Assembly: GCA_001655205.1 (NCBI GenBank)
Contig: LPNZ01006235.1
Coordinates: forward strand, 1-45,002
Direction: 5' to 3'
DNA from: Lenisia limosa
Lineage: Eukaryota; Protista; Breviatea
DNA: 45,002 nucleotides
Both the position numbers and the translations under genes were made by a program. Under the pieces are notes generated by a model. That model did not search any database. It worked only from the letters and a program-made list of their open reading frames with translations, and was not told the DNA's origin. This document shows positions 22,704 through 37,287 of the stretch, in pieces. Within the stretch, counting starts at the first letter, position 1. Each line of letters begins with the position of its first letter.

Positions 22704-24639
22704 ATGAAATGTATCTTGATATTATTGATGCTCTCGTTTATAGTATAATCTTTTTGATCTCAGCACCTTACTCTTCAGTCTGTCAACGAACAACACCATT
22801 GTCATCAATGTACCTAAGCCCACTGAACCATCCCATGCTGTCCCCTGGTCTGAACTACAAGCTCTGTCTGATGTATGTGTCCGTCTCCCTATATTTCGAT
22901 TAGGGCGATTAAATTATCAAATATTATGCTTTTATTTTTTTTCAAATGTTATATAGTTATATTTTTATAATTTTTTTAAAAAATTACCAAACGATTAATT
23001 ATCAATTATAATATTATTAAGGCGGTTGCCTTGGGAGCGCTTTCCCCACTAAAAGCTTCATTGATCTCATCAGGGTCCCTTTTTAAGAAAGAAATAAAAG
23101 GGGGAAATATATGTATAGATATATCATATAAAGATATAATTAATATTTTACTATAGTTTTTTTTTATTTTATTCTTTTTATTTATAATTTCAATTATTAA
23201 TAAAAAAAAAATTGGATAATATTTTATTAATATTTGATAATTTAATCGCCCTATTTACCCCCTCCACCTCTAGTCTATTGATGCTCGAATTGCGGCTGCC
23301 AAATGTGATATGGTATTTTCCTCTTGCTTCCAGGCGAAATTAAATGGTATGCTGAATCAAGCTGGAGTATCAGTTAGTTTCCATATTCATCATGACCACA
23401 TGAGTATTTTGTGATCCATCCAGGATGTGCGACCGGAGTCTACAACATTATGGGCAAGGATGAAATATCGACGTTTGAAGCTTATTGTGACATGGACGCT
23501 GAACAGGGTCCTTGGATGCTCATCTTGGCATATGTGCAGGTGGGCAAAACACCAAATGAGGGTCTTCACCATGGGATCAAATAACTACATTCTGAGTTAT
23601 TCAATGATATGTCATTATCCACGTCTAAAATTTTTAATGGATTCCATCTTCATGCACATCACCGCCCAGAATGGTACAAGGAGTATGTCAGTATCGGATA
23701 CAGCACCAAGTGGTACTACTCTCCCCAAATATAAGCCCAGAACTTTAGGTAAAAGAAAAACGTGGTACTACTTAGAAATCCAAATGGAGCTGAGCTTGAG
23801 AAAAACCTTTTGAACTGATTAAAATTTTGTGTTTAAAATCCCGGTACATCTCATTAAACTGGACTTGTCAACTCTCAAGCTTGTATTATCCTTAACGAAG
23901 TTGTCCACCACGGTTTCACGTTTTGGGAAATTGATAATAATATACTACAAGTATTAATTCAGAAAACCTGAGCTGAACCTGACTTTTCCCTCCCTGAGAT
24001 GACATTTTGGCTGACCATTTACTTTTAGGAGAAAGCTCATTTGGAGATGATGACTGGGGTTCTCCAAACCAAGCGTTTATGCGTTAGAAAAGAAGCATGT
24101 TACTCTTATCTCTTAGGTAATATCAACTTTTCCAAGGTTCGGTTTTATTGTAAAAGAGTTCGTACAATGCACTTCATGTAAGCTCCTTTGGGACTATTCT
24201 GAAATAATTTTAGAACTTCGCAAAGCGCAGTTATCAGTTACTTCCAAACTGGTAAGTGATAAAATACACGCCCTGTTTCCCCATAATCACTCCCATTCCA
24301 ACTAAGTGTTCAGGATCTGGTAGCACTATTGGTTCTATCAATGTAGGGTTCTGGTGGTTTTAGCGGTTTGACTACTTTTAGACTGAGTTTGTCGAGTTGA
24401 CTGGACATAATACTTACCTTCCTGGAGCTTCCTCTGTAAGCATATCCCAAACAATGGCCTCATAACCTTAGAACTGCCATGTTAGTTCTGTCTACCCTCT
24501 CCTTGAGTTACCATTCTACGTTTCGAGCACTTATCACTGGATTTTGCCCTATAGGACAACAGCGGAGCCGTTTTATTGTGATGATACCACAGCCGCAGCA
24601 GTAAACCAACCCTCAATACACTACATTTGGGTCAAGTAA
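22704..24639 (+). CDS. Secreted protein with a fibrinogen-like (YCDxxxxGGGW-type) domain
   Basis: Signal peptide MKCILILLMLS|TLLFSLS (28-nt intron at 22736-22763). Then GVYNIMGKDEISTFEAYCDMDAEQGPWMLILAY, later VRTMHF, TSQSAVISYFQTG, ELTGHNTYLPGA, LPFYVSSTYHW and YCDD...IHYIWVK*. Confidence 0.8.
22901..23253. mobile_element. MITE (non-autonomous DNA element, ~353 bp) in intron 2 of the fibrinogen-like gene
   Basis: Perfect 26-bp terminal inverted repeats TAGGGCGATTAAATTATCAAATATTA / TAATATTTGATAATTTAATCGCCCTA around an AT-rich interior. Removing the element leaves a normal ~48-nt intron (22873-23273). Confidence 0.85.
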
Positions 24640-24779
24640 TCTATTTTTTTTTTGATGTTATTATTGTTTTCAACACCGATTTTGTTTTCAGATATTGACA
24701 CATCGACTCTGTTAGCTGGGGGTTAACAGATGGAATGTTACATTATTCATTTGTATTCATGTTTGAGATAGATTCTTTT

Positions 24780-27700
24780 TTATGACCAGAGAGCAACATC
24801 ACCAGAAGCGTAGCCAGCAATGACAACTCCTCCCCTGAACGTCAGCCATGAAGGAAGCAGCTTACACGCAGGAAGATAAGCACGTCACAGCAGTAGCACT
24901 TGGACTTGCGTCTTGCTACAACATGAGGTTAGGGGGGCATGGGAGACTTCGACCCACCCAAAGGACTGCAAGAGACTCTTCATTTGAAGGACTTTCCACT
25001 TCAGGGCTGTATCAATATTATTAAGGGAGCTTTCTCACCTCTTTTGTGCAACAAATGGCCTTGCTCGTTTATTAACGTCAATTTTCTGGGGGTGCACAGC
25101 GCCAGACATTGAATTCTCCGGATACGACACCGCACTCAATCCGTCACGGAATCCTAAATTGTCATCCATCCAACCAGCTAACCGGCAGACAGTACGCATC
25201 CATTCGAGGCTACAACAGCTTCAATACGCCTAGTCTATGAAGCAAGAAACAGCCTACCCCTCATGCGCAGTCACACGATGTGTTTGCGTCAGCCTTGACA
25301 TGGACCAGGACCACCAGCGAAGGACCCCGTCGGAGCCCGCAGTTATGAGTCGCATTGAGTCGGCCCAGTCCCAGGATTCCGGCCACGGCGTGGTCTGTGT
25401 TGTTAGAAACAGGGCGTCTTACCTGTTGACCTTGCTGCGATTGTTTGTTGTTCATGATCTGGGGATGTTAATAACGATTTATCCTACAGCAGTTCTACCC
25501 GAGGCCATGACACTAGATACCCAAGTCTGCCAATTGATATGTTGTGAAGTGTCATTTGCCCATAGCCCCACAGCCCTCAGCCAGCTTGATGGGCTCTCAG
25601 CTGAGGGATGAGGATGGAGACATCACAAACCAGGTTTGGGGACTTTTGGGGAGTTGTTTGCCGAATTCGCTACAGAGCCGTTTGCTGAATTTGAGAGAGC
25701 GGTTCTTAAGAGACTTGGTCGGGCACGGGCCAAACGATTGGGATTGTCATCTTCGCTACTACTGCTTCAGCTTGTTACTTGTGTCTTACCTTGACGATGA
25801 CTCTTGGAACATTGGTGACAAGTGAGGGGATGGGAAGGAGTGGGGCGTGGACTGTGCGGACTCGTCATTATTACTTGGTCTAAAGATGAACATTTTCCTT
25901 CTTCTTACATTGGTTCCTTGAGCACTGTACTTACGTCACTTGACCTTGGGCATTAAACAACATCTCACCAACCAGTCCTTCATTTTCTGCCCCCATCCTA
26001 GGCTAGACGCGCGTCCTTTGATCCAGCGTGTAATGTCTACCCCAGTTGTCGGGTCTTCAGTGCCACCAATGACCGCAATATCCCTGACCGACACTGAACT
26101 TCGGCCGCCGGATGTGATGATGACTGCGTCCACCAGTTCCCATTGCCAAATACGGTCCAGCTCCCCCGGGAGTAGGTTGTCCATTCCAAGGCCAGACTAA
26201 ATCGTCAATTACGGGGTGATAGCAAACTTGCCATCCTTCCTGCGTTGCTGCACCCCAGATCCGGACTATTCCGTCACCACTGCCGGTTATGACCAATGGC
26301 GATGCTGAAGTGTCAGATATCAAATTTTCCTACCAGGAATCAGGTGCAGCCTCATGTCTATTGGTGGAGGGACGAGCTGGATTGACCTCACTCCAAACCT
26401 TGATGATATCATTATCAGTTAAAGCCGACCCACCTGAGAGTACCAGCCACTGCAGCTCTGAGAATCCACTCGTTGTCTGACACTTGCCATACCTTTGGGG
26501 TGAAAACAGTCCCCTTGCCTACCTTGATACCTCCTCCAATGTCTCCTGCTGCCACCCAGTTGTCCAGGACTGACAGACATGTGACGGACGCTGCGTGGTT
26601 GACAACAATCTGATGATCAGGACCAGGGCTTGGTTCTTGACCTTACCTCATCCTGTTGACTCCATGAACTGGATTCCCATCCCTAACACGTCAGTAGTCC
26701 CCAATAAAACGTACCATATCCTGTCCAAACTCCTCGATAGCTGTATTAGGTTCGTTGCTTCTACCCCACACTCTGAGAACACCATCATCGCCACCTAGGA
26801 CTAAGCAACCACAACGAGTCATACCTGAAAGGAACCCGTTTCGCCATGCCTTTACAGACCACACAACCCCATGATGACCGGTCAAGAGATCTTCAAGAAT
26901 CCATGGTCCTCCAGTCGTCTCGCTGGTTGGTAAATGTTAAATATGCCCAAAACCCACCCTATATTGTCCTTAAACGCGGGAGTATTGAGTCTGAAGACCC
27001 CCAGCATTCCGCCTGTGAGGCCTGTGACCACTCGATTTGACCCCAAAACGCAGAGAGACCTGACCATGAGATCACATTTCGCCTGACCTGATGCTGCCAT
27101 GACCTGCTGTGAATGCCAATTCATGTTGTCCATACATTGGCCCTCTTGGTATTTGCCCTGTCAAGTAACACAAAAGAAGACTGGAAGCCTACCAGCAACC
27201 CACCACCAACCGGCGGCTCTGTACTGGGCGGGTGGCGTCGGAGGCGCCAGTGGCAAGGGAGACATGAGACTCTGAACAATTACAATGACCATATAATAAT
27301 GCTGTTGTCATGTTGTGGTAAACTTTCTAAATCGAGAGGTTGACTTGCTACTATTATTTACTCTTTATATCAAATTTCAGGATTATAAATGGTGCGTGTT
27401 TGTAACCTCAAAAATATCAATTATCAAAAGTATAACCTCAAATAAAACCCTCATCACTAGGTCACTAGGTAAGCAGAAGCTCACCATTTGTTGGTAAGGG
27501 ACCTCATGATTAGGTGTGACCGCTGCAGTGGGAGAGAAGAGTCGCATTGGTGACGGAATACTCGCAAGAGGACGTAGTAATGACGGGAGCGAACTGAACA
27601 ATTACGAAAATTGAAACCCACAAGTCCACTCTTCCAGCTGGTGTTGCTCTTTCCTCCCATAGGTACTTTGGTAAGGACGGGGGTAAGCTGTTAAAAGGAC

Positions 27701-29168
27701 TGGCGATGTTCCACACCTAAAAGTGAGCCACCAAATGTCACACCTTTGAAATTGCTGAAGCCGTCATTAGCGCCGCATTAGAAGCAGAAGGCCAGTCAAT
27801 ACACGAGAAAATTGGTGGTAACCATGCCTTCCGATGTTCATCCGCACTAAATGTTAACTTTAGCTCAGCTTACATTAACCATGTCAAAGCAGCACAAACA
27901 ACGTCATCTTCCGATGCAACTCTGAGTAACTGGCTACTGAGAACCTGGAGTAGTGAAATAATGGCGAATTGATACCCGGCAAACCGTAAGTGCAAAATAA
28001 GGAGTGCAGCCTAACCAAGTGGAAAGGGACAATGTACACAACCCATATTCTGAAACAAATCGCGCGCATTTCTCAACCAGTGCCGTGGAGCAAATTGATA
28101 CCTGAACGTCATAATAACAAAATTCTAACTTGGTCTGCTAAATCAAGAAGGGGGTTGATTGTATCAATTGAAAGATATTGAGCAAGGAACTGACAGGTAA
28201 ACGACACCAATTCTGACATCTGATATGACGCAGCTGCAAGAGCGATTGCCATACCCCAAACAACATCCTAAATCATCACAAAGCAATAATGTTTACTGAA
28301 GGTAAATGAGAATACTGTGCTGGGTACGTTCCTAAACAATAAACTGGTTGTGATATTGTTACCTGGTGGGGGCATCCAATCTGGAAGGGTCGTGTGGTTG
28401 TCCAAACTGCTACTCATCCATGGAGTCTGAATGTGCATACTCAAGCTCTGTATGAATTACTATGCAGCATAGAATATTTGAAATTGAAATTACCACAGCA
28501 AATACTGACCCACAGATTGAGAGTCTACTGCCTTGTTTAAGGTTAAACTCAGCCCGGATGGAGTTCCGAATCTAGGTGTCAAAAAGTCACTGAGTTACCG
28601 GCTGTGATCGTTTTGATGATGGACAATGAATTGCCCAGGTTGGCTCCTCTTTGTGTTTTTTTTGAAAGGCGACTTTCCAGTATACATGAAATTCAAGACA
28701 AAGCTAAAAACAGGTGCATCTGCTTCACCATCTGACACCGCACCCGCATGGTTCAGTGAAATCTGAAGTAATTGGCTTGTTATGCAAATTGCCACACAGG
28801 CATTTTCACTTTGCTACATACTTTTGAGAGATTACTGTCTCGCATCCCGCTTCTAAACATACTCCTGAAGTATGGTGAACGTGAGGCCAAGACAAGGCGA
28901 TGAACAGGAGCGGTGGTCTCCCCAATACATAACTCCAAATCTTGAAGTGATAATACAACGTACAAAGGTGAGTATATTTGCAGCTGGTGGTAAAAAACAT
29001 CACTTGTTATTATGCATAAATCACTATTCTGATCAAACCCACCAACCACATAAAGAAGCTAGATCAGGAATTGGGGAGGAACAGTCATATTGTGTATTTA
29101 GAACTGACGGAGTTGCAGGGTATGACTAGATGGTGATGGGTTAAAGAACTTACTGTGTACCCTGCCAT
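24780..29168 (-). CDS. BTB-BACK protein with a C-terminal WD40-type beta-propeller (probable cullin-3 adaptor)
   Basis: BTB: DLELCIGETTAPVHRLVLASRSPYFRSMFRSGMRDS...FVLNFMYTG. BACK: FLAQYLSIDTINPLLDLADQ and LLRVASEDDVVCAALTW. WD-like repeats: VLGGDDGVLRVW, VITGSGDGIVRIW, VIAGYASGDVALWS*. Confidence 0.8.
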
Positions 29169-29419
29169 GGTTATAATGTGTTTAACCCAAATGAATCAAG
29201 TTACACTATCCGCCTGGCATTCCATATTACATTTCACTTTCCATTCGATTGTCGATTGTCAATGCTACACTCTTTTATTTCTTTACTGTGCTATTTTGAC
29301 TAGATTCAGACAAGATAATGAATTTGGACATTGAAAACGGTCAGATAATCAGATATTCCCAAAAAGGAAGTTTTCTCTCTTTCAACCCGCCAAAACTCTG
29401 CTTGTGCTGCTTTTGGCCA

Positions 29420-31124
29420 TGCCCATTCTTATCATGGAACACAATCAATTTATTTACCTAATAGAAAATCCGGATACCTAGTTACCCCTCTCACCCGTCA
29501 CATTACAGGCCTATCATCAGCCAAAATGCTTCGAAGGCTTCGGTCTTTGCCGTTTCATCGAATGATGACCCCTCCGCCGTCCACTCTTCTGGCCATTCCT
29601 GCGTCAATTGTGAGCATTTAGAACCTAATGTTGTAGATTGGAACAAATCCTTCCGCCATTCTTGGGCGTTCCTCCACTATCCAGTAAGGGGTCAAAGAAA
29701 TGTCATTTTGTAGAGAGATTGAGCCCTTATCTCCTGAAACGCCCCCGAGTATCAAACAAAACAGAGTTATTGTCAAATGTCTTTTAGCACTGATCTTGTT
29801 TTTAGTTGGACTGTGAGCCAGGATTATTTAGTTCCAAAATGCCATATGAATAATATGTAAATATGAATTTGACACTTCAGTTTCTCCCTCTTGATGACAA
29901 CTGGATTAGTTTTGGATGGTATGGTGTGACATTTCATTTGGTAATTGCCAGGTCAAGCACACATTGCGGCTCAAGTTTTGGTGGCTCTTTGGGCTGTTCT
30001 CCTCTCCGCAGGTGACATTTTGCATTTAGGTTTGCTGATTTCTGAAATCACAACTGTGTAGTCATTTTAACAAAGTGCTTTCCAGCTGCAAATGAAGCCC
30101 TCTATGTAAGCGAAATCCGCTGTTGTCTCATGATTTGTCATCAGATGTTAACTACACTCGATACATTTTCAGCATTTCTTCTTTTTCTTCAAATACACAG
30201 TAAGTGACAACATGACTTACCTATCGAAACAGGTAATGGAATGTCATGGTTTATTGTTGCTTCCCCATTCATTGTGGCATTGGTGATGTACGTTGCTATG
30301 TCACAAACTGTAAGCCAAAGGCCTGAAACTGACCCTGAAGATAGTTACAAACCCCTCTAAAGACATTTGGCCCATTCTTCTTCGTGAGTTTATTCATTCT
30401 GATCTCTGTATTAACATAATAGAAGTAGCTCTTTGTATTTTTGGATTGCTGTTGGCATTTCGGCTTGAAGGCCTTTGGGACATCTCCTCATATGTGAGTA
30501 GAAACCATGAGGTAACAAGGCCCAGCTGATTTGTGCACCATTCTACGCCATCCTTGTTCTCGCAGTGATGACATCAAGCATTACAGCTTCTTGTGCTACG
30601 GACGAAAACGATGACGCCTGTATCTTGTGTCCTGCAGTGGTGGTTGAGGCCATCATGCTCTTTGTCACAATAGTTTGTCCAATCATTTCCCTCACTTCTA
30701 GTCATTAACATGTCACTCAATTGAAAACAGGGGTGATGAGAATTCAAATTTCACGAAGGCTTTTGTAAGTTTCAAAAAAAATGATTTATCAAATAGGTTG
30801 GGATTCTCTTCATCATTACAATGATGGTTATTGCAAGCATAGCTGCAATGGCATCGCTGCCAACAACATTCAATCATCCTTCACGTAAGCCCCATTCCTA
30901 TCACAATCAAGACAACAAAATACAAAAGCCACAGCCTGTCTACGGCATCATCATTCCCCCTGGCATCCCATCACCAGTCCCAATTCTCAGGTAGCACCCC
31001 AATACCCTTCACCCCCAGCTCGCCCAACGACTACGGCTCCTTGCGCCAACATATAAACCCTGCAGTATCCAGCAGCGATCAAGGCGATGCCGGTGACGTC
31101 ACCATCATCAGCATCCAAAAGTGA
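29420..31124 (+). CDS. Multi-pass membrane protein with TMEM185/TMEM203-like repeats; both ends approximate
   Basis: Spliced hydrophobic exons LLFLQIHSNGMSWFIVASPF and LLAFRLEGLWDISSYLICAPFY resemble the LxLKLDGxxxWSWxxVFIPLW repeat. They are separated by 30-50 nt GT-AG introns. Confidence 0.5.
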
Positions 31125-31253
31125 GCGTATTTCTCCACTTACCATGTAGCTTGGAGAAGAAAGTGTAAAGTTTTCATGAAGGATATTACTTGGTCAATAC
31201 ATTATTTATCATCTCACCGTTGGAAACAAAATTAAATACATCACTCACTGACA

Positions 31254-33258
<2,005 letters not shown>

Positions 33259-33488
33259 GTTTTATTGTCTTCTATATAGACAACAGTGTATACTGCTAAC
33301 TAGAAGACATTGTTCGGATGTTTTTTTGTTGTTTTTATAGTTATGACGGCGGCGAAGAAAATCCATTGTTTTTGGCAGTTTTTGGCTCCTTCTCTTCCTC
33401 TTTATTCTGAAAACATTGTGTAACTTTATATTTTCGAGGGTATTTAATCAGTTTTCTTCCTGCTAGTGATTCAACCTTTTCTTCCAAG

Positions 33489-34792
33489 ATGGCTCTTCCC
33501 AAAACTAAGGCTTCTAAAGCTGCAACTAAGGCACTTGCTGCTAAATTCGAGGAGCTAACCAAAGAAGCTCACTCTATTATCACTGTCTGTTGCCCTCTTC
33601 TCCCCTTTCTCTTCTCACAGCCTAGGAAATCATCCCTAACAAGATTTTGCATCTGGAGAAGCTATTTCCTGTGAGTTTCATCACCTCCATTGTTCAACGA
33701 ATTCACATTTTAGACCCCCAAGCTGACTGAGATCTCCAAGCTTCTTGATTGCCCTGACATGCCTGAAATTGAGATTGACTGGGCAGCTAACACTGAGGAG
33801 GGTGACAGATCAAATAAGAAGAGGAGACTCGAAAGTTGGAGATTACAGAGTTCTTTTTTTGTTTTCTGTTGAGTGCGTGACCATTGATTTTGACGGTCTC
33901 TATTGATATTTAAGATGGAACTGAGGACACAAGCAGCAAAAAACAGAGGGCTAGTGTTGATGATCCAATTAAGGAGCGTATCACCAGGGTTCCGGTTAAG
34001 GTCAACAAGGTAAGGTCATTCACTCAGTTCATCTCTTGAAGCCACCCCTGTTTAATGGTGTTGTAGTACGTTGTGGACTTGCTGGAGAAGGTGAATAAGG
34101 AAGCTATTGAAATGAGTATCATGTACAACACTGTCAAACTTTGGATCCAGGTGAGCGCCGAAAACGGAAGGGACATCTCGTGTCTATATTGTATTGCGTG
34201 TTTGGTCTGTGTTCTCAGTTCTTAAATTTTCAGCTTTCAATACCCCGTATTGAAGATGGAAACAACTTTGGTGTTGGAATCCAGGTTGGTATCGGGAAAA
34301 ACAAACGTTTCTTTGGCAGTAGACAGGCTCGCTAACCCAGTAGGAGGAGACGATCCAGGAATTGGGCCGTGCCGAAGACGCTGCTTATGCCGTGCTCGAG
34401 GGCCAGGCCAAGTACCACCTCGGTCGTGCCAAGCTTGCTTCCAAGGTCTGTTGATGTCGGGTACCGATGTCATGTCGCCTGGTTTTTGAGGTTACAATGC
34501 TATTTGTATGTCATATTATTGACCGGACAGGCCTTGAAATACCCTGACATGGAAGACTACATGAGAGCATTGATTGACCTTGACAAGAAGGAGGTCATGT
34601 CTAACCATTTAATGATGGTGGACCAAAGGAACAACATGGCTATTGTGCACGACAGTGGGATGGGGTTTTTTCTTTTTCTTTTTCGTGTTGTGGATCTCCC
34701 ATAGTGTGTGTGTTCACTATTCAGTGCTTTTGAAAAACATTGACAAAATCATCAAGCCGCGTAACAATAACGCTCATGATTCCATGTACTAA
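33489..34792 (+). CDS. PSME3: Proteasome activator PA28/REG, gamma-like
   Basis: EIIPNKILHLEKLF, VKLWIQLSIPRIEDGNNFGVGIQEETIQEL (activation loop), KYPDMEDY, KIIKPR...MY*. A basic KKRR stretch lies in the homolog-specific insert. Confidence 0.93.
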
Positions 34793-34986
34793 ACAGTATG
34801 CGTGTTCGTTGTAAGGTATCCGATCTAGGTCTATGTCTATTGTTTTCATATAGTTTTGTTTCACTTCTATTGGGTCTGCTCAGAATTATACAGAACTTAA
34901 TTGAGGGATTCGTCTTTAGTTGAAATGGGCTTGCCTGAAAGGTAAGACGTGCAAAACTAGTATTATACCGTACCTGAGAGCCTGTT

Positions 34987-35606
34987 TCATCTCATACTCA
35001 ACCCGGCGCCTCTCATCTGTAAGATAGTGTTGGCAACGAGAGATGGCAGCGTCTTGATGGTCTCGAAGGACTCCACCGTCGCGTATTGTAGCCTCGTTTC
35101 GGGGTCTGTATACTTGGCCTGAACGGTCAGTATCACCATCTCGCATCACAACAGTAATTCCTTTAACCACCACTGACCCCCCCCCCCTCACTGGCAATCC
35201 TGTAATGTCACAGTATTTTTTTGGTGGTAAAAGTGACGGTCCAGCGTCAATCGCAGAGTCTAAATAAAATGAGAAAAGCTTCAGGGATCAATCAAGAATT
35301 CAGAATCAATAAATCTGAATGGACCCAACCCACAATGCGGTGTTGTCAAGGGTAATGAGCTGGGATTTTCCATTGCAATTGTCTGGGTTGTCAAAAGTGA
35401 TGTCCCCTCATTACCTTTTCCCCTCGCCCAAACAATCTCTAACCTGCCTCAAGCTCTTCCAATGTCTCTTTCTTCGGTCAATTTGAATGGCAGCTTTCAG
35501 TTTGAAAGGATGTTCAGGAACAGCTGCGGGCTAAAATGTCACAATCTTAATCAGAAGAGGCATCCAAAAAATCACTGAAAAATAATTTCACCGTATCTGA
35601 TATCAT
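34987..35606 (-). CDS. INO80C: INO80 complex subunit C / Ies6 (YL1-C domain)
   Basis: HPFK...RRKRHWKSLRQ...AIDAGPSLLPPKKYCDITGLP|AKYTDPETRLQYATVESFETIKTLP. Confidence 0.92.
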
Positions 35607-35779
35607 AGTGCTTTCAATTGAAAGCAGGGTGGTTATACAGAAAATTGGCTCAGATTTTCGTTCAATTTTCTCTAAGATTGGCGCATATTGAACATGATTT
35701 ACGCCACAGCTTGGAGTCTTTCAAACTGAAGTAACCAGTTGTTATTAACAAAAAAGTAATTCGTTTCAAAGAAGGCGTC

Positions 35780-36950
35780 TTAGAACAATTCTCAAACAGC
35801 ATCTGTGACAATTTTCTGAATTACCGCCCTGCTTTAAGTCCAACAAGAGCAAAAAAAAAACTGGTCTGTAAAAAAAAAACATTTAAACAGACATATACTA
35901 TTCTCCTTCTTCTGTTCACTTCCTCCACCCTTCCTACTACTCCACCCTCCTTCCACCTCTCACTGATTCGTTACTGTCCTACTACTCCACCCTCCTTCCA
36001 CCTCTCACTGATTCGTTACTGTTGATTTGTGTTATCTCAAGTTTTGTTTCTTTCTTTTGTTTTCATAATAAAAAACAGTATTTTACCCCGTCTTTTCTAT
36101 TGATAGTTTGACTTGGCATCAAGACCAATTTCTCTCTGGTTGTAACCAGGACCCAAGGCCTCATCAGGAAAACCTTGTTCTCTCTCCAGTAATCAAAGTA
36201 ATGACCTCATGTCTTAAATTTAAAAGCTGATATGTGTTTTGAACCCAATAATTTGTGAGGACATGATGCAGTTGACTTCATGTGAAGCAAACGCTCCTCG
36301 ACTTGTTGGGAATAGGTGACCCACAAGTCCTTTGTTGCCTCTTGCTGGTTCGGATACAACAATCCCTCCATGCGGTTCGCGACACTGCACAGCAGGTCCA
36401 ACACTTCCCCAACTTGGGATTTGAAATCCGAATAATTGTTCTTTAGGTTGCAACATTCTGTTTTCTTTACGTAAATTTGGCTTGGGGGGGGGGGGGGTCT
36501 TTCTTCCACAATGCCAAAATTTTAAACCGAAAAAAGGAAGTATTATAGGTGTGCTTGGCCAAAGTAATAACCCCCCAAGATATTGAGCCGCCAACCGTTG
36601 ACNNNNNNNNNNGGATGCAACGAGGGGAGGGGGGACGTAGAGTTCTGGCTCCTTGGCTGGCTTCGGCTCTTTCGGCTCCCGCGGCTTTCGCGTGTTCCTA
36701 TTGGTTAGTATTAACTTTACAACAAGAGGAATCCCCCCCCCCCTCTCTCCCCTCTTCAACACAATCCTTCCCTCTTTNNNNNNNNNNNNNNNNNNNNNNN
36801 NNNNNNNNNNNNNNNNNNNNNNNNNNNNNNNNNNNNNAACCCACCTCAAATCAAACTGAACAGTCGGGGGTGCCTCCCCTCGTCTTCTCTTGGAAAACCT
36901 ACAAATTCAGACAACGAAAAAACATTTCTCATTTCTCACAATAAAGCATT
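35780..36950 (-). CDS. Unidentified protein; exon structure unresolved
   Basis: Overlapping 100-200 codon open frames (36207-36509, 36220-36849), flanking splice-like sites and a Pro/Lys/Glu-rich stretch. Two N-gaps. No family recognised. Confidence 0.3.
35932..36021. repeat. Exact 45-bp tandem duplication
   Basis: TCCTACTACTCCACCCTCCTTCCACCTCTCACTGATTCGTTACTG occurs at 35932-35976 and 35977-36021. Confidence 0.95.
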
Positions 36951-37287
36951 CCATAGAACATACCTTTGTGACATAGTGATTGATTTCTTACAATGTTCTT
37001 GTTACTTCTGGTTCTCAACGTGTTCTCAAGCCTGTCTCCCTGTCTCAAGCAAGTCTCCAAGTCTCAAGCAAGTCTCACAAGCTCTCTCGGGCAAACAGCT
37101 TTTAAATGATTAGATTTGATTACTTTTGCCTTTCCCTAATTTTGCCCCCCCCCCCCTTTCAGTTCAGTTACTCTCTTCAACAAATTTTCTTTCATATTGA
37201 TAAAAAGAACTTGAATTTCTGAAAGGAGAAAGCACGAACAACTTTTCTCGATTGTTTCCCAGAAGCCATCTCTTTTCTTCTTGAGAT

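Noticed and set aside
34916-35197. 93-aa minus-strand ORF as a coiled-coil protein
   Set aside because: It is the wrong frame of the last IES6 exon.
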